NCBI GenBank assembly: GCA_038087875.1
Contig: JAXLNO010000433.1
Coordinates: 1 to 64,000, forward strand
Direction: 5' to 3'
DNA: 64,000 bases
From: Malacoraja senta
Taxonomy: Eukaryota
The notes under the pieces are model-generated. The model was not told where the DNA came from. It did not search any database and worked only from the letters and a program-made list of their open reading frames with translations. Shown one piece after another: positions 15,211 through 28,250 of this stretch (position 1 is the first letter of the stretch; each line of letters begins with the position of its first letter). The translations under genes and the position numbers were made by a program.

Positions 15211-17773
15211 GTTAGGAACGGGATTGGCTTTCTGGAGGGCTAGTACAGATTTTGTGCACTGAAGGGACTGGTTTCCTGAGAAATAGTACGGACATTGTGG
15301 GCCGAATGGTCTGCAGCTGGAGACAGCGACGGCTTCTGACGGGCGTGTCGAGGGCCGCTGGTGAGGGTTTGAGGGGAGCTCTACCGTGGCCTTCCGCGGC
15401 CGTGGACTATCGCTGCTGTGGCCCACCACCACCGCTCCCCACCAGCTTCAGGCAGCTTGGGACGCGGACAGCTCCCGGCCCCAGCCTCACGCAGCGGCTC
15501 CCGGCCCGGCTCCGACCCCGTCAGCGCTCACTCAGCTCCCCCGACACCAATCAGCGGCTCCCGGCTCCCAGTTCCACTCAACGTCGCCTGGCTCGTCGTG
15601 GTGGTCCCCACAGACACTGTCCCCACTCACTCTCCACACTCTGCTCCTTCAGCTTTGTCCTCCTCGCCGCCAGTGATTGACAGCGGGTACAGGAAGGGGC
15701 GTCACCATCCCAGCAAATGACAGGAGAGAAGACAAATCTGCTGACAGAAGAGGAGACCAATCTGCGCATGCGCAGTTTTTACAATATTTAAACCTTAATA
15801 ACTTTCGTAATATTCCACCGATCGGAACAAAACTTGGTGCTTGCAGCGCAAACCGAAAGAGGACAAGATGAGAGTTTTAGTTATGTATATAGAAATAATA
15901 GAATATAGATAGATAGAAGATGGATAGAAGATGCCATGTCCGATGAAGATTTTGACCATGCTATCCACCTACGTTGCCACTTTCTGGGAGTTAAACGTAA
16001 AGATCCCTCCTCAGACTCCGTCATCCTCTGATGACAAGCGTAATATTCCTCTTATCCTTGTGCAGTCTTACCTTCTCCATAATAACCCTCTTGTCTTTAA
16101 TGTATAGGATAGATAGGAAAGGTTTAGAGGGATATGGACCAAAATGCTCAAAATAACTGGGGGAATGTGTGGATGTAGGCAGGTTACTGAATGAGTACTT
16201 TGGTATTAAATTGACTCTATGGGACTTTGGTGAAGCTACATTTGAAGTACCGCATGCTCTTCTGGTTCCCCCCGATACAGGAAGGATGTACTGTTGCAGT
16301 TACTCTTGCAGTGTTAGCAACAGTCAATGTTGGGGAAGTTAAAGCCACCCACTATTACAACAACGTTGCTTTTAAACCTTTGTATAATATGTCTACAAAT
16401 CTGTTCCTCTACCCCCCTGGTTATCAGGATGCCTATAGTACTATCCCGTCATAATGACTGCACCTTCCTTATTGTTTACCTCAACCACATTTCCTCAGTG
16501 GATGTATTCTCCAATGGTTCATTCCTGTGTACAGCTGTGACAATCTACCTTATTAATAGTGCAACTCCTCCACCTCCTTTACCTCCCTCTCTATCATGTG
16601 TGAAACATCAAAACCTTGAAGCATTAAACTGCCAGTCCTGTCCCTTTCACAACCTAGTGACTATAATGTTGTAATGGTCACAACATCATCGTTCTATACA
16701 GGCTCCAGGCTGATTCCCTGCCACAGATGGCAGTGGAGGGCAAATCACTGGATGGATTTAAGATAGAGCTCTAGGGGCTAGTGGAATCAAGGGAAATAGG
16801 GAGAAGGCAGGCACGGGTTATTGATTGGGGTCGATCAGCCATGATCACAATGAATGGCGGTGCTGGCTCGAAGGGCCGAATGGCCTCCTTCTGCACCTAT
16901 TTTCTATGTTTCTATGATTCTATGATTCAGGCTCTAAGCTCAACCCCTTTGTCCAAAATACTACTTGCATTGAAATAAACTCTGCTCAGCCCCTCAGCCT
17001 CACCATGTTCATTAACCTGTCCCTGATTGTCCTTTCTATGGGACTTTCTTTTCATAATCTCCATCTTCCCATTAGTCTCTCCACTTGCTGACCTGCTGCT
17101 CCATTTCCCACCTCACTGACACTCTAGTTTAAATTCCATCGAGTAGCACTAGAATACTTTCCTATGAGATATTGGGTTCCTACCAGTTCAGGAGAAACTA
17201 ATCCTTCTTGTATGGGTCTCACCTACCCTTAAAGGGAGCCCAATGATGAATATACCTGACGCACTCCCTCCTACACAAGCTCCTTACCCATGTATAGAAC
17301 TCTACTATCTTTCTATTTCTTGCCTCATTAGCATGTGGTATGGGTAGCAATTTGAAGTTACAACATAGATGGTGTAGACAGAACCTTTTTCCCAGGATGG
17401 AAATGTCCAACACTACGACATGGCTATAAGGTGAGAGGTGGATCCTGGACAACCTGGAGGTCCTACACTTAACCTACTACCCAACTCCCCAAATTGCAGG
17501 ACCTCATCTCCCTTCCTAAATATGTCATTGCCACCAACATGGACAATCAATTCTGGGGACTTACCCTCCCCTCTCAGAATATCCAATGTACTCTACCAGT
17601 CATCATTGACTCTAGCATCAGAGAGGCAACACACCATCTCAGAGACTTGCCTGGAGACTGCTTCAATTCAGTTAGAAAATAAGCAAATGCAGCTATGCAA
17701 TTTTGTTCAAACCAAGTGTTTGAATGACAATAAAAGGCATTCTATTCTATTCTACTGTCTAATCTGCTGACTA

Positions 17774-19367
17774 TAGTGCATTCAGAAAGTATTCAGACCC
17801 CTTCACTTTTTCCACATTTTGTTACGTTACAGCCTTATTTTAAAATGGATTCAATTATTTTTCTTATCACCAATCTACACACAATACCCCGTAATAAAAA
17901 AGTGAAAACAGGTGTTTAGAAATGTTTGAAAAGTAATTAAAAATAAATAAATGTGATATCACATTTACATAAGTATTCAGACCCTTTGCTATGACACTCA
18001 AAATTGAGCTTGGGTTCATCCTGTTTCCTTGAGATGTTTCTACAACTTGATAGGAGTCCGCCAGTGGTAAATTAAATTGATTGGACATGAATTTGAATGG
18101 CACACACCTGTCTATATAAGGTCCCACAGTTGACAGTGCATGTCAGAGCGAAAACCAAGCCATAAAGCTGAATGAATTGTCCGTAGACCTCAGAGACAGC
18201 ATTGTGTTGAGACACAGATCTGGGGAAGAGTATAAAAATGTCTGCAGCATTGCAGGTCCCGAAGAGCACAGTGGCCTCCGTCATTCTTAAATGTAAGAAC
18301 TTTGGAACCACCAGGACACTTCATAGAGCTGGCTGCCCGGCCAAACTGAGCAATTGGAGGGGAGAAGGGCATTGGTCAGGGAGGTGACCAAGAACATGAT
18401 GGTCACTCTGACAGAGATCCAGAGTTCCTCTTTGGAGATGGGAGAACTTACGAGAAGGACAACTATATCTGCAGCACTCCACCAATCCAGCCTTTATGGT
18501 AGACTAGCCGGACGGAAGCCACTCCTCAGTAAAAGGCACATGACAGTCCGCTTGGAGTTTGCCAAAAGGCATGAGAAACAAGATTCTCTGGTCTGATGAA
18601 ACCAAGATTGAACGCTTTGGCCTGAATGCCAAGCGTCACGTCTGGATGAAACCAGGCACCGCTCATCACCTGCACAATACCATACCTACGGTGAAGCAAG
18701 GTGGTGGCAGCCTCATTCTGTGGGGATGTTTTTCAGCGGCAGGAACTGACACACTAGTCAGGAGCGAGGGGAAAATGAACAGAGCAAAGTACAGAGAGAT
18801 CCTTGAGGAAAACCTGCTCCAGAGCGTTCTGGACCTCAGACTGGAGCGGAGGTTCACCTTCCACCAGGACAACGACCCTAAGCACACAGCCAAGACAATG
18901 CAGGAGTGGCTTCGTGACAAGTCTGTGAATGTCCTTGAGTGCCCCAGCCAGTGCCTGGACTTGAACCCGATCGAACATCACTGGAGGGACCTGAAAATAG
19001 CTGTGCATTGATGCCCCTGAGAGAGCTTGAGAGGATCTGCAGAGAAGAATAGTAAAAATTACCCAAATACAAGTGTGCCAAGCTTGTAGCGTCATACCCA
19101 AGAAGACTTGAAGGCTGTAATCGCAGCCAAAGGTGCCTCAACAAAACACTGAGTAAAGGGTCTGAATACTTATGTAAATATGATATTTCAGTTCTTTCTT
19201 TTTAATTTTTCCAAAAATTTCTAAACACCTGTTTTCGCTTATTTATTATGGGGTTTTGTGTGTAGATTGATGATAAAAATCATTAAATTAATCCATTTTA
19301 TAATAAGGCTGTAACGTAACAAAATGTGGAAAAAGTGAAGGGGTCTGAATACTTTCTGAATGCACTA
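17774..19367 (+). mobile_element. Full-length Tc1-family IR/DR DNA transposon with degenerate transposase
   Basis: ~210-bp TIRs starting TAGTGCATTCAGAAAGTATTCAGACCCC, inner direct repeats, TA on both sides; DD34E motifs [21 protein letters not shown]; frameshifts and stops. Confidence 0.95.
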
Positions 19368-19448
19368 TATTTGTGAGATTGAGGGACAGACCAGTTTCAG
19401 GTGGTCTGACATGGAATTTGATGAATTTTCTTATTTTACAGCAGCAGA

Positions 19449-20882
19449 ATGGGAGATTTGTTGAAAGAGCAGCTCGATCAGCTTCAGTGTCACTTCACGT
19501 GGGGCCCACAGAAGGAGACCATTGACCTGGAGGATATGGTGTACAGATTACAAGATGCCATAATCTTTGCAGATAAATATCAAGCCGCATCCTACAACCA
19601 ACTTGCTTTCATAAACTGCCTGCAAGGCAACAGTGAGGAAGCTATTCAAAACTTAAAGGAGGCTGAAAATATTCTGAGGGAGAACCACAAAGATGCATTT
19701 GAAAGAAACAGCATCATCACCTATGGAAACTATGCCTGGGTGTATTACCACATGGGACAACTGGCCAAGGCCCAGTCCTACCTCGACAAGCTGGAGATGA
19801 TCTGTAAACCGCTCACTGATGGCCCTCGCTATACAGCAATGATACCTGAAGTGTATGGGGAGAAGGGATGGTCATTGTTGAGTATTGCTGCTCCATACTA
19901 TGAGGAGGCTATGGAATGTTTTGAGAAAGCTCTGGAGGGAGATCCTAATAACACAGAGTGGATCATGGGCAAAGCAACTGTTCTGTCTCGTCTGGAAGGA
20001 TTTTCTGGAACCCCAGAGAGTCATGAATGGAGTCAGTCAGTGAAGTATCTGCGGCGTGTACTGGAGCTGGATCCAGATGATTCAATGGCCATGGTGAAGC
20101 TGGCCTTAAAATTGAAAGGACTCAATAAAAGGGAAGAAGCAAATAAATTAGTTGAGCAAGCATTGCAGAAGCCCGGTAAAGGTCCATATGTGCTTCGCTA
20201 TTTGGCAAAATTTTACAGAGAGGAAGGAGCAGTGGAGAAAGCAGTCAATCTATTGAAGCAAGCGTTAGAATTAACTCCACACTCGTGCTTCTTACACCAC
20301 CAAATTGGAAAGTGTTATAGAATGAAACTGAACGAGCTTGGTAATATAAATTCTCGCAGCCCCGCAACTCAGCAGCAAACTGAGTTGATCAGTCAATGTA
20401 AATATCACTTTGGAAAAGCCGTTGAGTGCCGTCCAAGGTCAGCTATTAGACCAATGCTGGACTTTGCAGATATTTACATAAGAAGTGGAGAGTATTCTAA
20501 GGCAGAGAAGATCTACAATAATCTGGTGAAATTGGAGGACATCCGTCCAGAAAACACACAGCAGATATGTTTAAAGGCTGGGTCATTTCAACTGTATCAG
20601 AAAAAATCGGAGTCAAGTGCCATCAGCCTATTTCTGAAAGGAGTGAAGATTGAATATGATTCAAGAGAACGGAAAATGTGTAAGAACAAATTGGAGAAGT
20701 GGGCAGATGGAAAACTTCGCTATGCTCCACGTGACAGCAAAGCTCTTGGTGTGATAGGGTTAATGTATCAGCTGGATGGGAACAAGTCCAAGGCTATTGA
20801 ATACTTTGAAAAGGCCTTGAAGATTGATCATGAGAATGAAGAATATCTGTGTGCTCTTTCAGAATTACGTCTTAGTCATTGA
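19449..20882 (+). CDS. IFIT5-like: Interferon-induced protein with tetratricopeptide repeats (IFIT family, IFIT5/IFIT1-like), 477 aa, single coding exon
   Basis: IFIT motifs QCHFTW, YGNYAWVYYHMG, EKGWSLL, PYVLRYLAKFYR, FLHHQIGKCY, C-terminal ALSELRLS; acceptor TTATTTTACAG at 19441; exact orthology not determinable here. Confidence 0.95.
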   Translation: MGDLLKEQLDQLQCHFTWGPQKETIDLEDMVYRLQDAIIFADKYQAASYNQLAFINCLQGNSEEAIQNLKEAENILRENHKDAFERNSIITYGNYAWVYYHMGQLAKAQSYLDKLEMICKPLTDGPRYTAMIPEVYGEKGWSLLSIAAPYYEEAMECFEKALEGDPNNTEWIMGKATVLSRLEGFSGTPESHEWSQSVKYLRRVLELDPDDSMAMVKLALKLKGLNKREEANKLVEQALQKPGKGPYVLRYLAKFYREEGAVEKAVNLLKQALELTPHSCFLHHQIGKCYRMKLNELGNINSRSPATQQQTELISQCKYHFGKAVECRPRSAIRPMLDFADIYIRSGEYSKAEKIYNNLVKLEDIRPENTQQICLKAGSFQLYQKKSESSAISLFLKGVKIEYDSRERKMCKNKLEKWADGKLRYAPRDSKALGVIGLMYQLDGNKSKAIEYFEKALKIDHENEEYLCALSELRLSH

Positions 20883-21321
20883 GGACCACAAGGATGCTAA
20901 TAATATGCACCGATTTCATCTGATCTAAGGATAAGTTTGGTGATGTGTGTGTTTTACTAATTATATTCTGATAGCATCTTCTTTGAATGAAGGCTTTACT
21001 TATGAGTGTGAAGTTTTCAAAAATGATCTTGTGCTGCATTTAAACATTTTTTTTAAATTATTGTACTTTAAAAAATAATAACACCTCAAGCACACCAATC
21101 AAATGGAATTTAGTTAGGTAAGTGTGGAATTTGTGTTTAGTGTGGAAATGGGAATTGGTAAATGGCACGTGGAACCAGATATCGTTGAGGCTCCTGGCAA
21201 GTTTCCTCATCTCAATCATTTTACTCTTTACTTTTTCTTGTTTCTCAATGCACAATTATAACTTTGGAATAATTTAATTTTTGAGATCATTATAAGATGT
21301 CCTACATTGACATGTCTATTA

Positions 21322-21327
21322 ATTAAA
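21322..21327 (+). terminator. Candidate poly(A) signal ATTAAA of the IFIT gene
   Basis: ATTAAA about 440 nt after the stop, at the end of an AU-rich region. Confidence 0.35.
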
Positions 21328-22724
21328 GCTTCAAAGCAGAGATTGGTTCTGCCTCAACCAAATCGAAGGAACACAAACAACAGATCCTTAAAGTGTGAAT
21401 CCTGCTGCTGGGAGTGATGGAGGAAAGGCTGGGGAGGGGGTCTGTTGGGGAGGGGAGGTTACCAGGATAATTAATGGAATTTCAAGAGATGATATTATTG
21501 ACAAAGGAAAGATTCAAGTTGACATTATCAGGCATAATAATTAATAATCAAGGACAATGTAGCTACAAAACTCTAATCCATTTTGAAAATACCAATGCAT
21601 TCATAATGGAACCAGAAATTGGAAGTGATTAATGGAAAGATGAACCCTTCCATGTGGCCATCCCCAACAGTGTGGATATAGCCAGATGGCATTCCTGTAA
21701 TACTTTGTACTATAATGACTATAATACTTTATACTCTGTAACTTTGGCCAGAAACGTGGCGACTCTTTGTGTACTTTGTGTAGTGTATGCAAAATAAAGA
21801 ATGTCACTGCACCCAAGTACATGTGAGAATAAAGTATCATTGAATTATTGAATCGTTCAAACCTCTGTGTAAAAAAACATGCCCCGCATATCTCCATTAT
21901 ACTTTACCCCGTCACCAAAACTATGCCCTCTTATGTTGGACATTTCCAAAAAGATTCTGACTGTCTGTCCTAACAATGCCTCTCATATGTATATATTTTT
22001 CTATCCTCTCATCCTCCGATGTTCCAGAGAAAACAATCCAAGCCTATCCAACCTCTCCCTGTAGATGAAACCCTCTAATCCAGGCAGCATTCTGGTAAAC
22101 CTCTGCACTCTTGCTAAAGCATCCACATTTTTCCTGTAATGGGCCACCAGAACTGCATGCAATTGCAGACAATTGTGGAGATAGCCCAGACCATCACGCA
22201 AACTAATCTTCCTTCCGTTGATTCCATCAACACTTCAAGCTGCATTGGCAAGACCACCAGCATAATCAAGGATGAGTCTCATTCCCTTTTCTCCTCTCTC
22301 CCATCAGTCAAGAGGTACAGTAGTTTGAAAACGCATACCTCCAGATTCAGGAGCAGTTTCTTCGGCCTTGTTATCATGACAATGATAAATTAAACTAAAA
22401 AATAATTGCCATTGATTGATTTAGTACAAATGTTGGTTTGTGATCCAGGGAAAGGCTGATTCATTCTATATTTGATAGTGGGATTTGTAATGTCACAGAT
22501 TCATTTGCATCTCAACGCACAGTCTTACTCAGTTTTTGCTGGACCGATGGGGAGTAAAATCCACAGTTGGATCAGAATAAATTAGTCTGAAAGTTTCTCT
22601 AGTTATACAGGCCCAGAAACATTGCTCAAAGAATCAAAAATCAGTAAAGCTGCATGTGCTGGAAATCTGAAATAAGAATAGCTGATGTAAAGTTAACAAA
22701 ATCAACGTTGTCTTTTTCTTAGGT

Positions 22725-23290
22725 AGACAAAAATGCTGGAGAAACTCAGTGGGTGAGGCAGCATCTATGGAGCAAAGGAAGAGGTGACGTTTCGGGTCGA
22801 GACCCTTCTTAAGATTGATGTGGGGGTGGGGGTGGTTGGAAGAAGAAAGGAAGAGGCGGAGACAATAGGCTGGAAAGGGGGGTGGAAGGAGGGAGAAAGC
22901 AAGGACTACCTGAAATTGGAGAATTCAATGTTCATACCGCTGGGGTGTAAACTACCTAAGTGAAATAGGTGCTGCTCCTCCAATTTGCGGTGGGACTCAA
23001 TCTGGCCATGGAGGAGGCCCAGGGCAGAAAGGATGGATTCAGAATGGGAGGGGGAGTTCATGTGCTTAGCCATTGGCAGATCAGGTTGGTTAAGGCGAAC
23101 TGAGCGGAGGTGTTGGGCGAAGCGATCACCAAGCCTGCGCTTGGTCTTACCGATGTAGAGCAGTTGACGCCTAGAACAGCAGATGCAATAGATGAGGTTG
23201 GAGGAGGTGCAGGTGAACCTCTGCCTCACCTCGAAAGAATGCTTGGGTCCTTGGAGTCGAGGGGGGAGGTAAAGCGACAAGTGTAGCAAT
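22725..23290 (-). mobile_element. Penelope-like element fragment (GIY-YIG endonuclease + pseudo-LTR)
   Basis: ORF SNLIYCICC...LYIGKTKRRLGDRFAQH; adjoining degenerate hammerhead-like repeat at about 22780-22815. Confidence 0.8.
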
Positions 23291-24043
23291 TTATTTCTAT
23301 TTCTTGCTGCCTGACCTGGTTGTTTCCAGCATTCTCAACTTCTTACGCACGGCATAACTAGTTGTGAATAATTGAAAGAAGTACAATAGTAGAACACAAA
23401 AATAGAAGAAACTCAGAGCAGGAATGGAAACCTGGCTACTCTGACCAGCTCCGTCATTCCAAATGACGCTGACAGATCTATGCTGGCCTTGTCTCCTCTT
23501 CTGCAGTAGGTCCCCATCAAATCAAGTCCAGTTTATTGTCAAATGCACAATTACAGTGAGTCCAGGTACGATGAAAAAATTACAATCAGCAGCACCCCAG
23601 ACACACCAACTCAGACAACACCCAAACAGCTTAAATTATACATAAACTCTGCAAGATAGCGAAATGAAAAAGATGAAAATAAATCAAAGACATTAGTGCA
23701 AAACACGATTGGAAAACAAATCCATGGCAGCGCAAGAGGTCCATAGTGTTCCTTAGCTGGAGTCGGATTCAGATTGTGCAGATTGGTTCAAGAATTGGGA
23801 AAGTAGCTGTTCCTGAAACTAGTAGTGTGGGAGGGACCTCATGCTCCTGTACCTTCTACCCGCCCGATGGTTGAAATGAGAAGCGACAAGAGTGTCTTTT
23901 TATATATGCCCCGGATAGAACAATTAAATTCTTACTTGCAGCAGTACAACAGAATACGTTAACATCGTACACTGTAAACAATATAATGAACAAGATATAT
24001 ATATTATACCCACACACTGCATAGTTTTTATTTTTTACATTTT

Positions 24044-24088
<45 letters not shown>

Positions 24089-24789
24089 TACACATAAAAA
24101 CAAATAAACAATAATAGTGAAAAAAGAGAAAGCCGATGCCCACAAGTCCATGTAATTCAGACTTTATTTGGAGGTTGTAGTGTTTAATAGCCTGATAGCT
24201 GTAGGGAAGAAGCTGTTCCTGAACCTGGACACAGACACACTGGCAGAGCCCAGATGTGGGGACCCTTGAGGACAGATGCTGCTTTCTTGAGGCGACACCT
24301 CACGTAGATGCTTTCGATGGTACGGATGACTGTGCTCACGTTGGACTGGGCTGAACCCACAACTCTGCAGCCTCCTCCATACAGGTGCATGGGATTTGTC
24401 ATGCCAGGCCATGGTGCATCAGTTAGGATACTTTCTACAATACAACTGTAGGTTTCTTTGGGTTGCCAGTAACATGGTAAATCTCTTTCAACTTCTAACA
24501 AGTGTATTTCAGTGTCGGAGCAGCAGTGGGAGATTTCAAAAGGTAGTTCGATTGGCTAATTGAATGCCAATAAATTGGCTCGTTGGGCAGTCAATACAAA
24601 GAAGACAAAGTATAGAAGAGTGATGTTTAGTGAGCCGTGAGAGGGGCTGTGTTGAGGCCAAGTGCTGTATTGAGGGTCAGTGTGACGCTGTGTTTCAAGT
24701 GCTGTGGATTTGACTCAAGGAGCCTTCAGCAAGGAGGCTCAGCAAAGGCTGAGCAGAGGGTAACAGGAAGTAAAGGTGTGGTCTGCTGT

Positions 24790-25285
24790 TTCTTGTGAGT
24801 GAGTGGTGTGGTTTTTACTCTTGGTTTTAGAGCAGTAAAGATGGAAGGGAAATGTCTGGTATCCCTGATGACCACCTGTGGGTGGTGTGGCCAGATGCAG
24901 CACCTTACAGAGAGCATTAGGGAACTGGAGCTGTGGCTGGTTGACCTCAGGACCATCCAGAAGAATGAGAGCATCATCGATTAAGCCACAGCAAGATGGT
25001 CATGCCAAAGATAAAGCAAAAGAGTAAATGGGTGGACAAAGAGTGCAGGAGATCCCACTGGCCACTTCCCGTCAAAACAGGTACCCAGTTCTGGATACTG
25101 TTGGGGGAGATGAGCCGTCAGTGGTGATTGGCAGTAGCAGTGTGGTCTGTGGCACCAAGTCAGGCTCGGAGACACAGCAAGGAAGGGTAATGTCAGGCAG
25201 AGCCACTATGGTATGAGACTTGTTAGTTAGGGGGACAGAGCGGAGATTCTGTGGCAGCGTCGAGATTCCAGGATGGTGCATTGCC
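24790..25285 (+). mobile_element. CR1 ORF1 fragment
   Basis: CGWCGQMQHLTESIRELELWLVDLRTI resembles the CR1 ORF1 zinc-finger/coiled-coil region, followed by degenerate esterase-like sequence. Confidence 0.55.
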
Positions 25286-25545
25286 TCTGCAACTCCCTGG
25301 ATAACTCATCCCTTCCCACCCAAACCATTCCACTCCACAGGAAGAAGATGCAACACCTGTCCCTATACCTCCTCCCTCGATGCTGTCCAGGGACCCTGAC
25401 AGCTCTTTCAGGTTAGGCAGAGGTTCACTTGCACCCCGTCCAACCTCATCTACTGTATCCGTTGTTCAAGGTGTGGACTCTTATGTCGGCAAGACCAAAC
25501 GCAGACTGGGTGATCACCTTCACTCAAGCCGCCTGGACCTACCTA

Positions 25546-28250
25546 CTTTACTTTACTTTATTGCTTTATCATTGTAGTGGTGCATACAATGAAATTCAGG
25601 CGCACTGCCTGAGCAGAGCTCAAATATACAAGGTAAAAAATAACAATAAAATAACAGCAAAAAAGTGAGATAAATAAAAATTGTTCATGCACGCACGTGC
25701 ACATACTGTGACACATACACACAGATTCACACATGCATACACATTATGCCTACGTATGCACCCTTACCAGAATATAAGATATTGTACACAGAAGGTCACT
25801 GTCAGAATATAAGATATTGCACAGAATGGTACTATAAAAATAAATATTATAAATGAATATATAATTATTGCACAAAGGTAGGTATTGTACAGTATAAATA
25901 TTGACTATGGGGGGTGGGCTTTCAGTGCAGAGTTCAGTGTGGTGAAGGCCTTGGGGTAGAAACTGTTTGTTAGTCTTGTGGTGTGTGCTTGATGGACCTG
26001 TAACACTTTCCTGAGGGCAGAATGGCAACAAGTGATGTGCGGGATGAGATGAGTCCTTTAGGATGCAGGATGCCTTCCGCAGGCAACAGGATCTATAGAT
26101 GTTTTCCAGGGCAGGCAGGTGTGTGTTGGTGATCTTCTGGGCTGTGTTGATGACTCTCTGCAGAGCCTTCTTGTCAACCGCAGAACTGTTGCCGAACCAC
26201 ACCGGGATACCATGTGTCAGGGCACTGTCAATGGAGCAGCGGTAGAATGACACTAGCAGCTGTTGTGGCAAGTTGACTTTCCTGAGTGTTCTTAGGAAGT
26301 AAAGCCGTTGTTGTGCCTTCTTTACCAGGGAGAGCATGTTAAGGGCCTGTCCCACTTGCATGCGATTGCATGCGTCTGGCGCGACCAAACGTGATCGCTT
26401 GAGGCGTATGGGCTGCGCGGGGCCGGTCCCACTTCGAAGCGTGGAGGCATATGGAGTTGTGCGAGGCTGGTCCCGACATCGTGCGGGGCTCCGAAAATCT
26501 CGCACTGTCCGAAAATTTCGCGCGCCAACGGCCTGTCGGCCCGCAGGCGCTTTGAGGGCGTACGCAGCGTCTTGACGACGTACGCAGCGTCTTGACGTCA
26601 TACGCAGGATCTTGACGGCATACGCCTAGTGCGTGGCATTGCGCGATGACGTCACCGCCCAGCATGGCGTTGCGTGATGACGTCACCGCCCAACGCCGTG
26701 CAACGCCCAAATTCAGTCGGCCCGCCTCCTGCCCAGCTGATTGGTAAGTATGACGTAAATTACGTCAAGAGTGAACTTAGCGCGAACTTAGTGCGTACTT
26801 AGCGCGTACTTAGCGCGAACTTAGCACGAACTCCGCTTCCATTTGGACGCGCCAAACGCATGCAATCGCAGGCAATTGGGACAGGCCCTTTGACCACCTG
26901 AGATCTGTTGAGATGTGGGTGCCCAGGAACCTGAAACTGGAGACTCTGTCCACTCTTTCCTCGTTGATGTGCAGTGGGAGATGGTCACCCTGCTTCTTCC
27001 TGAAGTCGAGGAAAAGTTATTTTGTTTTTTTGGTGTTGCGTGCCAAGTTGTTCTCAGAGCACCAGCCTATTAGCCTCTGTACCTCCTCCCTGTGAGCTGT
27101 GGTATCGCCCTCAGTGATCACCCCACTACTGTCGTGTCATCTGTAAATTTAATGATTGTGTTTGTGTCGTGTTGGTATGCAGTCATAGGTATAGAGGGAG
27201 TAGAGGAGGGGGCTCAGCACACAGCCTTGTGGAGCCCCTGTGCTAAGTGACAGTGGGAGAATGGTGGGGGCCCATCCTGACTGACTGACGCCGGTCTGTT
27301 AGGAAGTCCTTTATCCAAAGGCAGATGTTGTGTTTGAAGCCAAGGTCGGACAGCTTGGAGAACAGTCTGCTGCGTATGATTGCATTAAATGTAGAGTTGT
27401 AATCAACAAACAGCAGTCGTGCGTATGCTCCCCATTGTTCTAGAAGGAGCAGTACAGTCTGGAGGGCAGTGGCAATGGCGTCATCTGTTGATGTGTTGGC
27501 TCTGTATGCGTGTTGGTGTGGATCCAGGGTGGGTGGGAGAGCAGCCTTGATGTGCTTAAGTACCAGTCTCTCCAGGCTCTTCATGATTATTGGTGTTAGT
27601 GCAACCGGCCTGTAGTTATTGAGGCAGGTTCTGGCTGTTTGCTTCGGAACTGGCACTATTGTAGATGTTTTTAGGCATGTGGGGACAATGCACTGTGCCA
27701 GGGATAGATTGAAAATGTTTGTGAACACGTCAGCTAACTCAGCAGCGCAGTTTCTGAGAACCCGTGCTGGAACTCCGTCCGAACGAGCTGCTTTCCGTAT
27801 GTTGACATTACGGAGCGTGCGTGTGACATCAGCAGTCTGTATGATGAGTGTCTGCTATTGGAAGCTGGAGCTGGAGTAGTGAGCATGACAGTCTCTGTTC
27901 CCTCCACCTCATGGTGACCAAAGAAGTGGTTGAGCTGCTACTGTTGCAAGTGGAAGGGTTAATGTTGTTATTGTAATTGGTGATGTGCCGTATACCTTGA
28001 CATACACGACGGGTTCTGAGTTGTCAAAGTGGCTCTCAATCCTTCGCTTGTAGGTTGCTTTGGCGTCTCTGATGCCCCTCTTCAGATCAGACATGGCCGT
28101 ACTCTACAGCTCTGTATTGCCGGACCGGAAAGCCATGTTGTGGGCTTTCAGCAGGAGTTGGACGTCTTTGGTCATCCATGGTTTGTTATTGAGAAAGACC
28201 CAGATGCGTTTGGTGATAATGACAATGTCTACACAGCGTTTTATGTACAT
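25546..28250 (-). mobile_element. Rex1/Babar non-LTR retrotransposon inserted into a Penelope fragment
   Basis: ORFs NYRPVALTPIIMKSLERLV, LFVDYNSTFNAI, KKAQQRLYFLRTL; (TAAAG)n tail; the Penelope GIY-YIG sequence is interrupted at about 25545 and resumes at about 28250. Confidence 0.88.
26341..26890. mobile_element. MITE (PIF/Harbinger-like) nested in Rex1
   Basis: ~43-bp TIRs AAGGGCCTGTCCCACTTGCATGCGATTGCATGCG / CGCATGCAATCGCAGGCAATTGGGACAGGCCCTT; CpG-rich internal repeats. Confidence 0.85.

Noticed and set aside
14338..15769. Cluster of Gly/Pro/Arg-rich ORFs
   Set aside because: By-product of a GC-rich tandem array
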